Source: Ionaspis alba
Lineage: Eukaryota
Direction of reading: 5' to 3'
Length of the DNA: 64,000 nucleotides
NCBI GenBank assembly: GCA_964255285.1
Contig: CAXUUL010000003.1
Coordinates: 1 to 64,000 of the forward strand
Position 1 is the stretch's first letter. Every line of letters begins with the position of its first letter. Below, in pieces: positions 46,416 to 57,600 of the stretch. The translations under genes and the position numbers were made by a program. The notes below the pieces were generated by a model. The model was given only the letters and a program-made list of their open reading frames with translations. It ran no database searches and was not told the DNA's origin.

Positions 46416-49400
46416 ATGCTAACTTTTGGCTCTGGGACACTAGGGCTATCCACTTCCACTCCTTCAATCTCCAAGACACCAGCGCCAATCCTATCTGATA
46501 CTATTTCTATACCGAAAAACCGAAGCACAGGCAACTTATTAGCGGATATGACAAAACCTGTGGAAGGCGCCCGCATACGGTTCTCGCTGGATGCGGGAAA
46601 GCCTACAGAACATGATCCAATGTCACGGTCTCCGGTCATGCAGGAACATGAGCATGGATTAGGAGTCTCTGGTCTACGTCGTATACGACAGCAGCCTCTT
46701 TCACGACCTCCCACCCTCCCTCCTTCTCCAGAGTCCTCTTTCGTGTCTCCCTCCAGATCGTCGTCCTTGTCATTGAATTTCCCTCACCCACGCACATTCA
46801 CCCCTGGAGGACCTGCATCCCCCACCTTGAATTTCAGCGAGGATTTGACACGTTTTCCGTCCGAGTCGTTGCACTCTTTCTCATTTGCTCATCAGTCTGA
46901 AGATGTGTTACATAATCGACAAAACATCTTAAAAAGATCCATAGATTTTATGCGTGATAGATTGGGCTGGGCCGCTAATCATCCTGGTTTGGTCAAAGCC
47001 CAGGCAAAAGTCAGCGGCGATGTTGAGATTCAGAGCATGATGGAGCTTCTAGCACGAGCAAAGGTTTTAGGCCACGAAAAGGAACATCTAGAGGGTGTCA
47101 CGTTTCGTGGACCCCTAACTGGACCTGCTAACATTGAAAGCCACAACGTCTTTGAGAAGAGCTTCTTGCCACGATCAGAAAGTCCTGATCAGCTGGAGAC
47201 GCAAGCTTCTGCTGAAGATGAAGCCAACGAAACCCAAAACGACCTGCCCGAAAATTCGTTATCAGATCAACCAAGAGACCGAATGCAGGAAGTCCCCCTG
47301 TCGTCAGATCGGCGGACATCTTTGGTTGCGAGCGACGCAAAGCTATCGAGAACACCTTACACCCATCATGCGCGTCCTGGAATGAAACGGACCTACACGG
47401 ACACTACCTCGTTGTCCTTGCAGACCAAACTCATGGAAGCCTTGGCCAAACCCTATATTGCCGGCGACCGTGAGCTTGAGCACAACCTACTATCTCCAAG
47501 CGTGGTCCCTGCGTTCGGTACATCGATGAATGCCAGCCTCAATGGACCTTCTGTTGCGCATGGTCATGCCCATCGATGGGCCCCAGCTGCCCAAGCAATT
47601 TTCACCACCGAGGCTCGTGCCCCTTGGACCATTCTAGCTGCGAACGATCTTGCGTGTCTCGTGTTCGGAGTCACGAAAGCCGAGATCAGGAAGCTTGGCA
47701 TTCTCGAAGTTGTTAGAGAGGATCGAAGAGACTGGTTAGAGGAGAAACTTCGGTCTCCGGGTTCAGAAGCTGCTGCCAAAGCTCGCCAAAGTAGATCGGG
47801 GCGAAATAGTCCAACTCATTCAACTTCGATGGCATTAGGTGGCGGAATCACTGCTAAACTCCTCAGCAAGCCACCGGCTCGGTCAATAGTAAATACCAGG
47901 CGGGCATTGACTGACGATGGTAGCGGATCGACTTATGCAACTAAGACATCAAGAGGTGGACCTACGCATCCTGGCAACAAATCACGGGGAGTGTTACTCT
48001 GTGGAGACATTATAGGTATTCAGAAGCGGAATGGAGCTACGGGCTCTGCAAGCTTGTGGGTGAAAGAGAAACGAGGAGGACTCATATGGGTTCTCGAGGA
48101 GATCGTGGAGGACATCGCCAATCTGACTCTCGATGAGACTGGAAAGGTTCTCGATGCCACAGGGGCTACCTCAATGATTTGGGGAGAAAGCAAAGCACCC
48201 GATAGAATTGACATCCGGAAGCTAATCCCTCGCATATCCATGATCGAAGAGAAACCATATCGAGAGGTGGACTATGATAAGATCAACAAACTTGAACACT
48301 TCACAGCCAGACATCCTGATGGTTACAACATCCCAGTGTCGATCTCCTCCAAAACCGCACTCGGAGAGCTGCGTGTTTCCAGCTTTCCGCATATCGCAGG
48401 CATCATGGTTCTTTCGTCGAGTACTCTGAAGATTACCAGTTCAAATTCTGTCTTCTCCGCAGCACTCTTTGGGATGCCAGACCCGGATGGGCTAAGTGTC
48501 ACACAGCTCATTCCACAATTCGACAAGATACTCAACCTCATGACGGAAGAGGAGGGAATACGGCTTGTAGATGGCATGGTAATCCCGGAGCACAGTTTTC
48601 GACGGGCTCGTGCCTTGCTGGCACTACGTGAAGGGAGTCCTGATGCTGCGGCCATTTTTTTGCGACAAATCGGTCTGGTAGCAAAACATCGTGATGGGAC
48701 AGACATCAATGTTGACGTGCAGCTACGTGTTGTCAAGAGTGAAACTGTAATTCCCGAAGAGTCCGTCATCATAGAACAGAGCGAAGACGAATCCGATTCG
48801 AAAGGGGATGAGGACGCCCTGATATCAACCCCGGAAGTTGTGTATGCTTTGTGGATCACCTATTCAAGACATCTTCATTCTATCGTCCGACCAGGTGATC
48901 CAGCTTCACCACTAATATCTCGGCCTGGGACTCCACCTCGGCAGCCGTCTCCCGGACAATCCGTTAATCTCATTGCTCCTGAGCAGATGGACTCCGAAGA
49001 CGCGACTGCGAAATCCTCCATGTCGCTTCTGACCCAACAAATTCAGGAAGCTACCTCTGAACCCATCTCAGTCAAACCTCACGCCCAACCGCCAATCGAG
49101 ATCAAAGCCTCGCCACCGGTCAAAGAGACACTCCCAAAGAAGAAGACGATCAACGATTTCATCATCATAGAAGAGATGGGCCAAGGTGCATACGGCCAAG
49201 TCAAGCTCGCACGATACAAAAAGTCTGGCAGCAAGGTAGTTCTCAAATACGTGACTAAGAAGCGGATTCTCGTCGACACATGGGCACGAGGTTGGTCTAC
49301 TGGTTCCAATACCTTCTCCCTCTAGCTGCTGATTCGAGTGCTTCACTCTAGACCGCCGGCTCGGCACCGTCCCGCTCGAGATTCACGTCCTTGACTACGT

Positions 49401-50097
49401 CCGCCGCGATGGGCTCAAGCACCCCAACATCGTGGAAATGATCGACTTTTTCGAAGATCACACAAACTACTATATCGAAATGGTGCCGCACGGCCTGCCG
49501 GGCATGGATCTCTTTGACTACATCGAGATGCGCAACACCATGGAGGAAGCCGAGTGTCGGAATATCTTCCTGCAGGTCGTTGCTGCCTTGCATCATCTGC
49601 ACACCAAGGCTTTGGTGGTGCATAGGGATATCAAGGACGAGAACATTATTCTTGATGGCGAGAATAAGGTCAAGTTGATCGATTTTGGGAGTGCGGCATA
49701 CATCAAGAATGGGCCTTTCGATGTTTTTGTCGGGACCATTGGTGAGTCTTCCTTTTTGTCTTGGCACTTGCTCTTCGCATGTGTCTCTATGTCTCTCGAC
49801 GCTGACCGATTGTCCCCATCGAAAGATTACGCCGCCCCCGAGGTTCTTCAAGGCCGTTCCTACCGCGGCAAGGAGCAAGACGTCTGGGCACTGGGGATTT
49901 TGCTCTACACGCTCGTCTACAAGGAAAATCCATTCTATTCTGTTGACGAGATACTGGATCATGAACTCCGCGTGCCCTGGGTAATGTCGGAAGGTAGCAT
50001 TGATTTGATACGCGCCATGCTCAATCGGGACGTGGAGAAGAGATTGACGATTGGCCAAGTTCGGGAGCATCCTTGGTGTGTTGACGGCGATGTGTAG
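46416..50097 (+). CDS. PAS-domain Ser/Thr kinase (Psk1/Psk2-like); introns 49291-49351 and 49742-49825; 5' end uncertain (possible first exon from ATG 46277)
   Basis: QAIFTTE..PWTILAANDLACLVFG, then kinase motifs MGQGAYGQV, ILVDTWARDRRLGTVPLEI, HRDIKDEN, DFG and GTIDYAAPE. Confidence 0.9.
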
Positions 50098-51159
50098 GGC
50101 TATTCACTATGCTTGAAGTCGAAGGCTTTTGAGATGATCTGAGGATGCGGGCTGGGTGATGATGCATTCGGAATATCGAGAACAGTGGAGATGAGCGGAG
50201 CTTTGTACTATGAATTACTTCATTTTTCCTGGATATGGATTTGACGCAGCGGTTCATGTGTATATGGGGGCGGGATTTTGTCTGTTTTGCTAGGTTTCGG
50301 GGTGTGGATCATGCGCACGCATTAGAGCTTTCTGTTCCGTCTTTCTTGGAAGCATGCGCGGGAGAACGGTATTGTTTATGATACGCATGGAAGATTGTGT
50401 CTGTGTAGATACCCGGGAATTTACAGCTAGATTGGGAGGTTGCACTCTAGAGCAATAGACTTGTGTGAGCTGTGTAACTTCGCGTGCACGTACCTTGTTC
50501 GTATGATCCCTTGACGTGTTTCCCGTTCCCAAGGAACTCATGGGTAAGGTAGGCATTACAAACGAGTCAATTTTCTCTACGTGTGGTTGGGAGCAGCGTC
50601 TTCTTCATGGCATATTGGAGATTCGGCATATGCATGTACACTTCAACGCCTGGTGAAGTTCACGATTCATCGAGGATCGTGGCGTAGGCATTTGCCCCTC
50701 GAAGGACGCATTGAACAAAAACAAGATATCCATTCCCATGCATTGTCTTTCTTCAACATGGACACCTCTAGATCCTATGTCCTCAACTACTATAATGCTG
50801 CCATCTTCGGCTAGCAATTCTTATGTCCTTTTCTCGTCACCTATACCTTCCGTTTATAACCTGGCACCCCAGATGCGCCACGATAAGCACTTCGTCGTGA
50901 GGCTGACCTCGACTCGAATAGCCTTCGTTTTTCTATGTTAGAAGCGTCGTCTATTTCATTTTCCCCGGGGCCACCATGGGAATGTGCTTTGAGACGTAGT
51001 CGCCAAAGGCTCATTCTGCAAGCCGCGTATGTTCGCGTTATTCCGCCCAGTCCATTAGCTATATCATTGCCAGGAAAATAGGCATGTTCCAATCATCTCT
51101 GCGGGAATAGAAGATACGCGTGAGGAATCTTTTGTCAATCACGGTATCATTCCGATCGT

Positions 51160-53832
51160 TCAGATCACATCATCGATACTTCTCCAAACCCCCACCTCCC
51201 CTCTGACAGGCGGACTCCTCGGATCCTCCTCACTGATCCCCTCTGGTCTCTTTTCCCCATCTCCACCACCTACGCCTCCCAAAATCCCCTCCATCTGCAC
51301 CTCCAGTCTTGGACTCATCAGCCCCTGCTCCCAAACTGACGAGCCAGCCAGATCGCCCGCTACCGTGCGGTGAAAAGGACTAGCCGTGAACTCTGCCGCC
51401 CGCGGTGATAGTAAAGAGGGTGTTTCTGGCACCGCATCACTCATGACGGTGTCAATGGGGATATGCTTCTGCTGCAGCGAGGGCAAAGAGGCGTTTTCGC
51501 TGCGTAGCGGGAGCTGATTGGATATCGTCTTATCCTTGTCCTTGGCTTTTGTGCGGCGCGAAAGGAGAGAGGGCAGAGAGATGAAGCCACCGGGGAGCGA
51601 AGGCTGGTTCCGTAGGGCAGACTCTTTGCCAAGGGCAAGGGTAGGCGGTGGAAGAGTCGAGGTTTCCTGAGCGGAATTTTCTACAACGCTGACGGGAAGG
51701 TTGAGATTAGGATTGGGTTCTGGAAGCGGAGAGATGCGGGTTGTGGTTGCGGTGTTGGGAAAAGGGGGATTGCGGACGCCAAGGTCGAGCATCATAGGTG
51801 TGAGGGTGGTTTCGCGCGGTGGAACAGTAGTTGTGATCGTATCAATAGGTGGAGGATTGGCCATGGGAGTATCGCGATTTGTGGTATCGGACTGGGGAAG
51901 TGGGTCTAGCACTGAAGGAGACCAGATCATATCTGCAGGCGCAGAGGATGGTCCGGGTGTTATGTCATCGTTGGCTGAGATGTTGGCCAGCTGGGCTGTA
52001 CTAGGAGGGCTAAGAGAATTAGATCGAGGGGAGGAGAGGTCCTGCTCTCGCTCAAGAGGAGCAGTAGATGGTTCATCTTGCAGAGGTGACATTGGAAGTG
52101 TAGCAAACGTATTGTGTTTGAGAACGCTGTCGGTTTGGGTTCGGGACAAGCCCTTGCCGGGTGGGCCGCGTCGGTTCGAGGAAGGCTTCGGAAATCTTTC
52201 ATTGAGCATTTTTTTGAAGGCGTGGAGTTCGAAGATGAAGTGCATGTTGGGATTGATCCATTTGCTGCGATCTTTAACGGCGTTATATGCTTCATTATCA
52301 GTGAGGTCGGGGTTCTTGTAGAGGCCGTAGGCGATGATGAGGCTGGCGGATCGACTGACGCCGCATTGGCAGTGAATCAGAACACGTTTTCCTCGCTTCA
52401 CCCGATCGTCTATTAGTTCGCACAGCGCGAGGAGTTCCAGAGACACTTTAGTATTGTGTTCCCATGGAACGTGAATATATTCGGGTTGGTTCTTGATAAC
52501 TTTCGACGTATCCGCACCATAGGTCAGGCTTTCTGACGGGAGGGACTCGAAGGCTGAGCGGAATGACTTTTCCGAAACGGCAGATGGAGGCTCTGGAGTG
52601 TTCTCTTTCATATTTCGAGAATCCTCTAATGCTGCAAAATTGACCTGCACACCGACATTCTTGGTTTCTGGTTGAGTAGATTCATTTGCTGGGAGAAAGG
52701 GATTTTTGACCTCCGATGCGACGTTAATGACAACATCAAACTTGGCGGCTTCCTCGTCATTAGGCTCCAAGAATAGGTACACACTGGGTTCATAAATGCA
52801 CACTGGTCCTTCAGGATACGCAGGCGATTTGACTTCTCGCGAGAGAGGTAGGTCGTGGTCCGTTTCCTCGGGCACATGATCCAAGGTTTGTAAGACGATT
52901 GGAGATGAGCGGTTCGAATCAAAGGAAGCGTGGTGATTCAGGCTCAGCGCTGGTCGCGACTTGGACGATGGGATATTTGTGTTAAGCACATTACCGAGTG
53001 GAGGAAGTCTCATCCCACCAGCCGGTGCACCCATAGGTGAGAACAGCGGCATGCTTTCATCGAACTGACTTGTATTGCTGAGGTGAGCGAAAGATGGAGT
53101 CTGAGGGACCACGTCAGATTGACTCCGATGGAAAGGGAGTTTTGTGACGGTCTCGGGTGTAGTGATACAAAGTCCAAGATTGCTCGGCTTTCTCTTTGGA
53201 GCCATGACAGGTATAACAAACGAGGGGGAAGCTGGAGCCGAGAAGGCATGGTTTGGCAACGATGAGATCTTTTCGGTGGTAGCTAGTCTTGGTAATGATG
53301 AGACCAAGGTTGGCTTGTTTGCTCCCGAGGTGTTGACAGAAAGGTTTTTGGTGTTGCGCGGCTTTTTATTTGGGGAATCTGAACGACTGAATCCATCACG
53401 GCTTGGAGATGGAGTCGAGGGTAGGCTCGGTCGGTACATGGTTTCGTCCTCCGTAACGGGCGTGTTCACTCTAGAAGAACGTGGAGATGCGTTAGGAAGT
53501 AGAGAATTAGGTGACTCGGGTGAGGAGCTCGGCGATGGCTCGGTGAGGGAGGAATCTACGGTAGATATGGTAGTGGTTGGCGAAGAATCAGTAGATTCCG
53601 TCCTGATCGTGACACCGGAGTCTCGTCGATAGATGTTGGTAGGCCCACTATTTTGATAGCTCGGACGTCGGTTGGCGTGTTGTGCGGGACGTGCCGGCGC
53701 AGGTGAAGTCGTCGTGGTTGAGGATGAGGTTGGCGGCGAAGTGGCATTTCTGGCCGCTGAACCGTCACCAAAAACCGACATGAAGGTCGGTAACGAAGCT
53801 AGAAGCGATTGCGAGCCCGATGTTACCGGCAT
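51160..53832 (-). CDS. msg5: Dual-specificity MAPK phosphatase (Msg5/Pmp1/MsgA-like)
   Basis: Active site IHCQCGVSRSASLIIAY, plus AYPEGPVCIY, FDVVINVASEV, EYIHVPWEHN and WINPNMHFIFEL. Basic docking-like motifs (KKPRNTKNLSV, KRKPSNLGL). Start placed at the first in-frame ATG after the 5'UTR intron. Confidence 0.88.
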   Translation of the reverse strand: MPVTSGSQSLLASLPTFMSVFGDGSAARNATSPPTSSSTTTTSPAPARPAQHANRRPSYQNSGPTNIYRRDSGVTIRTESTDSSPTTTISTVDSSLTEPSPSSSPESPNSLLPNASPRSSRVNTPVTEDETMYRPSLPSTPSPSRDGFSRSDSPNKKPRNTKNLSVNTSGANKPTLVSSLPRLATTEKISSLPNHAFSAPASPSFVIPVMAPKRKPSNLGLCITTPETVTKLPFHRSQSDVVPQTPSFAHLSNTSQFDESMPLFSPMGAPAGGMRLPPLGNVLNTNIPSSKSRPALSLNHHASFDSNRSSPIVLQTLDHVPEETDHDLPLSREVKSPAYPEGPVCIYEPSVYLFLEPNDEEAAKFDVVINVASEVKNPFLPANESTQPETKNVGVQVNFAALEDSRNMKENTPEPPSAVSEKSFRSAFESLPSESLTYGADTSKVIKNQPEYIHVPWEHNTKVSLELLALCELIDDRVKRGKRVLIHCQCGVSRSASLIIAYGLYKNPDLTDNEAYNAVKDRSKWINPNMHFIFELHAFKKMLNERFPKPSSNRRGPPGKGLSRTQTDSVLKHNTFATLPMSPLQDEPSTAPLEREQDLSSPRSNSLSPPSTAQLANISANDDITPGPSSAPADMIWSPSVLDPLPQSDTTNRDTPMANPPPIDTITTTVPPRETTLTPMMLDLGVRNPPFPNTATTTRISPLPEPNPNLNLPVSVVENSAQETSTLPPPTLALGKESALRNQPSLPGGFISLPSLLSRRTKAKDKDKTISNQLPLRSENASLPSLQQKHIPIDTVMSDAVPETPSLLSPRAAEFTASPFHRTVAGDLAGSSVWEQGLMSPRLEVQMEGILGGVGGGDGEKRPEGISEEDPRSPPVRGEVGVWRSIDDVI

Positions 53833-55513
53833 TGTGTGCTCTTCTTTCTTCCACTCCCTCTTAGAGGATGTTACTGGCCTTCGGATGGGTGCTATTGTTG
53901 ACTCATTGCGACTGACCGCCCAGCGGTGATGAGATGCTGTTCCTTTCCGGGGTGTTAGATGTGAATAGGTCAAGTTCCTAGAGGATAGTGTGTCAGCACC
54001 AGCCTGCGATGGATCTGTATAGTATGGTGACAGAGCTGGTTCCATAGCTCGTGCAATCCGCCCTGCCTCAAGTGACAGCGATGGGCTGGCTCGAAAAGGT
54101 AGCAGACGAAAAAGTGCAATGCATCCATACAAGTAGTCACACTTTCGACAGAAGGCACGACTTGAAGAAACAAAGGAGCTCTCTCGTGTGCCCGCGCAAT
54201 CACCCCATCCAATTGAGTCTTACCTTGGATCCCCAACCAAGTGCTCCTTGTCGTCCCACGCTTCTTCGCAGTACTATTGGCGCCCTCTCCAGGAGGCAAG
54301 ATCGTGCGCGCTTAAGACGACCGACCTGCAATGGGGTGAAAGTGTTCGCTATTGCCTAGTCCTGTGGTCCTTGAGACGACCACCGCCGCGATTCGAGGTT
54401 ACTGCTTGCGACGTTTCGGAATCGTGGAATCGAGGACGTAGACACTTTGACTTGCGATGAAACTTGATCGGACTCTCTCGATGGATGTTGTTCTTTCGAT
54501 GGGCTCAAGGTCAGATAGGGAAAGAGAGAGGGCGAAGGGATAGAGAGGTTCGTTGGCTTGGTCGGTAAAGAATGGGAATCGTGTGAGGTTCTCCCAAGGA
54601 ACGAATGATGGCGAAGAAGGGATCTGTTGGTTCTCCCCCCACTCCCACACTTTCCCAGTCAGCCCTCAGCGCTTGTGATGAGACGTCCAATAAGCAGCCC
54701 TTTCTAACTTTAGCCGCCGACAGGCCAATCCAATAGGTCAAACGGTTGCACTTCCCAGTCCACCACCCGGGTCGGTCCTCCCCTACGTTCTTTTCTTGCC
54801 TCCCCTGGTTTGAGCCTCTCGAGACAGGGTGTTGCCAAAGCGAGGGAAGGGAGAGAAGCGTCTGGGAAAAGAAGGGTTGGGCTGGTTCCAGCGACCGGTC
54901 GGGGCTTGGGAAGGGGAGCTTGCGAGTCGGAGGACGGATTGCTTTGCCTATCCAGCAAGCATTCACAAGGAGTAAGTGACACCAGACGAAGACTCCTTCG
55001 TTTGGACTTCTGTGAAGAAGGTTGGGGTTTTCCGGCCTGGACTGCGGTGATCGTGGCCAGGATTCGCTGCCGTGCGAGAAGAGTTAGGGGAGTAGGATCG
55101 TACAGATCTCGAACCGACCGGCGTATTTCAATATTTGCCACCAGCTGCACACCCTTTCTCCGAATACGATATACTGGAGTTACTGGTCTATGAGAATAGT
55201 ATGCGTTGAGATCCCGAGTTGATTCTACTGCTGCCGGATACTTGAGTGGGGAGAAGGCAATCGTCTCGACGGAGAAGACTGGTGAGTCTAGTTGCAAGTA
55301 CGAGGACCTACGGAAGACCAACAGCAGGAATTGAGACCATTTGCGATTGTGTTGGTGGTGGTGGTGGGGGAGGTTGTAACCCGGGGAGAAGGGCGAGAAC
55401 GAAAGACGGGAGCCCGAGAAGAGTTGAGTTTAGGGGGGTCAAGACAGGGGAGAATGGGGGGGGCGCTGTTGGACTTGCACTTGGCTGGAAGCGGACAAGA
55501 CTCGCCGCTTCGG

Positions 55514-55567
55514 TGTTTCATTTCTGGCCACTAGCAAAGCAATAATGCAGGTGCCAAAAATAGCACC
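55514..55567 (-). promoter_or_regulatory. Ste12-type PRE (ATGAAACA) next to a MADS/Rlm1-like site upstream of the MAPK phosphatase
   Basis: TGTTTCAT at 55514-55521 and GGTGCCAAAAATAGCACC at 55550-55567. Confidence 0.45.
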
Positions 55568-57600
55568 AGCCAATGTGGAACTCATGCCAATCAGAAGAAT
55601 TGGAAGATTAATGCGAGTCATGCTTACGCACTCGGATACTCTGCGACTACGGTACTACTACAGTACTACAGCACTACTGGTGCCTATTGCATGATGATCC
55701 TCGGTATATTATTATTGTCCACAGATGAGGATAAATACTACATTTCTTTCAACCCTCCTCTTCCAGCTGATTGCTCTGTCTCTGAGTCCCGAAAATTGTG
55801 TGAGGAAGACAAGAGCCAAGGCACAGGCTGGCCTTAGAGAAGCAGCGAACAGAGGTTGTCCCCATCTCCGGTGCTGGGTTCTAGTCACAGTGCGGCTCAA
55901 GACAACATGATCCTGTCGACTGCTCTCAAGCAACCAAAGCTATCCGGAGCCATGGTCTGTTGCGAGTGTAATCAAAAGTAGTCAAACCCCGATGGATGGT
56001 GTATTGGAGCCTCTAAGAAGTGGCCGGCGCATTCTTGAAACCGCCTCATCCGTGTCTTTCATGGGATAGTGCCATCACTCTAACTTGATATTCATCATTG
56101 TACCAGGCTCCGTTCATGTTCAAGAGCACAGCAGTCCTCCACAATTCATCCTTGACTCCGACTGGTACAACTGTGGATCCAGTTCACTTATATCAATCGA
56201 CGAGCAACCCCATTACTGTTCATCGAGGCTTGCTTATCTTCCATCTCCATCCATATGATCCCTATCATTCAGGAACTCATGGAAGTCACACAACACTGCT
56301 GTGGAAAGGCAGTCATGTAATCCATCGCAATTGCTGTAGAAAATTCACTGGCCAGTGCGGAGTGTACAGGCTATTCATCTATTTCTACCAGCACAACAAG
56401 AACATGCAGTATGTCCATGGTGATGATGTGCAGCTAGCCGCTCAATCGTACTCTTCACCGGCAGCCATGTTCTTCCGAGCCTCGATCTGAATGGTCGCAA
56501 CAATCTTGTACATGTCCCCTGCATTCTACACGATACGCCCACGATAACCACTCAAGAATTTTCATTTTGTTTTCTTCATAAAGGCCATCAGTGTCATGGT
56601 AGAACCAGTATACTCTGATTCATTGCTGTGACATAGTACGCATTGTCTAGGAGTCTTGAATATAGGGGCCGTCAAACGCTGAAGACTTTGAACCCGTGGG
56701 CCTCTTATCGAACGATTTCTGCATTGCCCCTCATAATTATAGTGTCTTGAGCCTGCACGTTCGACTGCAGGGAACACCAAATGGAATAAGGTTTATGTGT
56801 GCCAGTGCACCGACGACTTCAATTCACATTTCCAGGTAGTTGCATGATGCCATGGAAGTCGCTGATCGTGGTGGCAAGTGCAATTAAGAGGGAGGAAGAG
56901 GATGCCATAGCCCTCGTAGATAGTGGGCTCGCGTCTCAATGATACCAATCACAGCTGTGACCAGTCGGTTGGCTGCCGTGGCTAACGGATTGACCAGAGA
57001 GCGTTTGTCCTGTCAATCGATCCCATCATCAGACCGGGCCCAACCTGATCAGTGGATTATATTCGTGGAACTCAGGTCCCGCTGACTGTCAAGATCCGTC
57101 CATCCAACCAAGTTTTCCAGCTCCCCTGGATTACTGCTGGCGATCGTCTTCTGACATTTCCCGCAGGCCACATATGCTGTCACCTTTATCGCGTGCATTG
57201 AAGTTGCGAGTGATGATTGCTCCAACTAAGGCATTTAGTACATATCAACGGCAGAGGAGAAAGTTTACTTCTTAGCTGCCCCCTTGCTCGTAATTGCTTG
57301 ACCTGCATTAGCCTGTGATAGGTAGCTCCCTTGGACAGATTTCCGATGATCACCAAGTTGGGGAAGCGTCGGAGCCTCCTCACTTTTATTTTTTGGACGT
57401 CCTAAGATCCATCGCGAAACCGTCGAGTCAAGAAGTTTGAGAGAAGTCCGCGAAGGTTAGGAAGGAGTAGGAGCAATTTGAGGCCTCGCTCGGCCCTTCG
57501 TCGCAGACTGCAAAAAAGGATCGCATGCACGTCGACTAACTGAGTTTAGTGGGGTTGTCGGTGAGGGTGCGCAACACAAGGGATCCACGAGAGGGAAACG

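Noticed and set aside
55645..55680. Degenerate ACTAC(A/G)G(T/C) short repeat
   Set aside because: Short low-complexity tract with no spacer structure or evident function.
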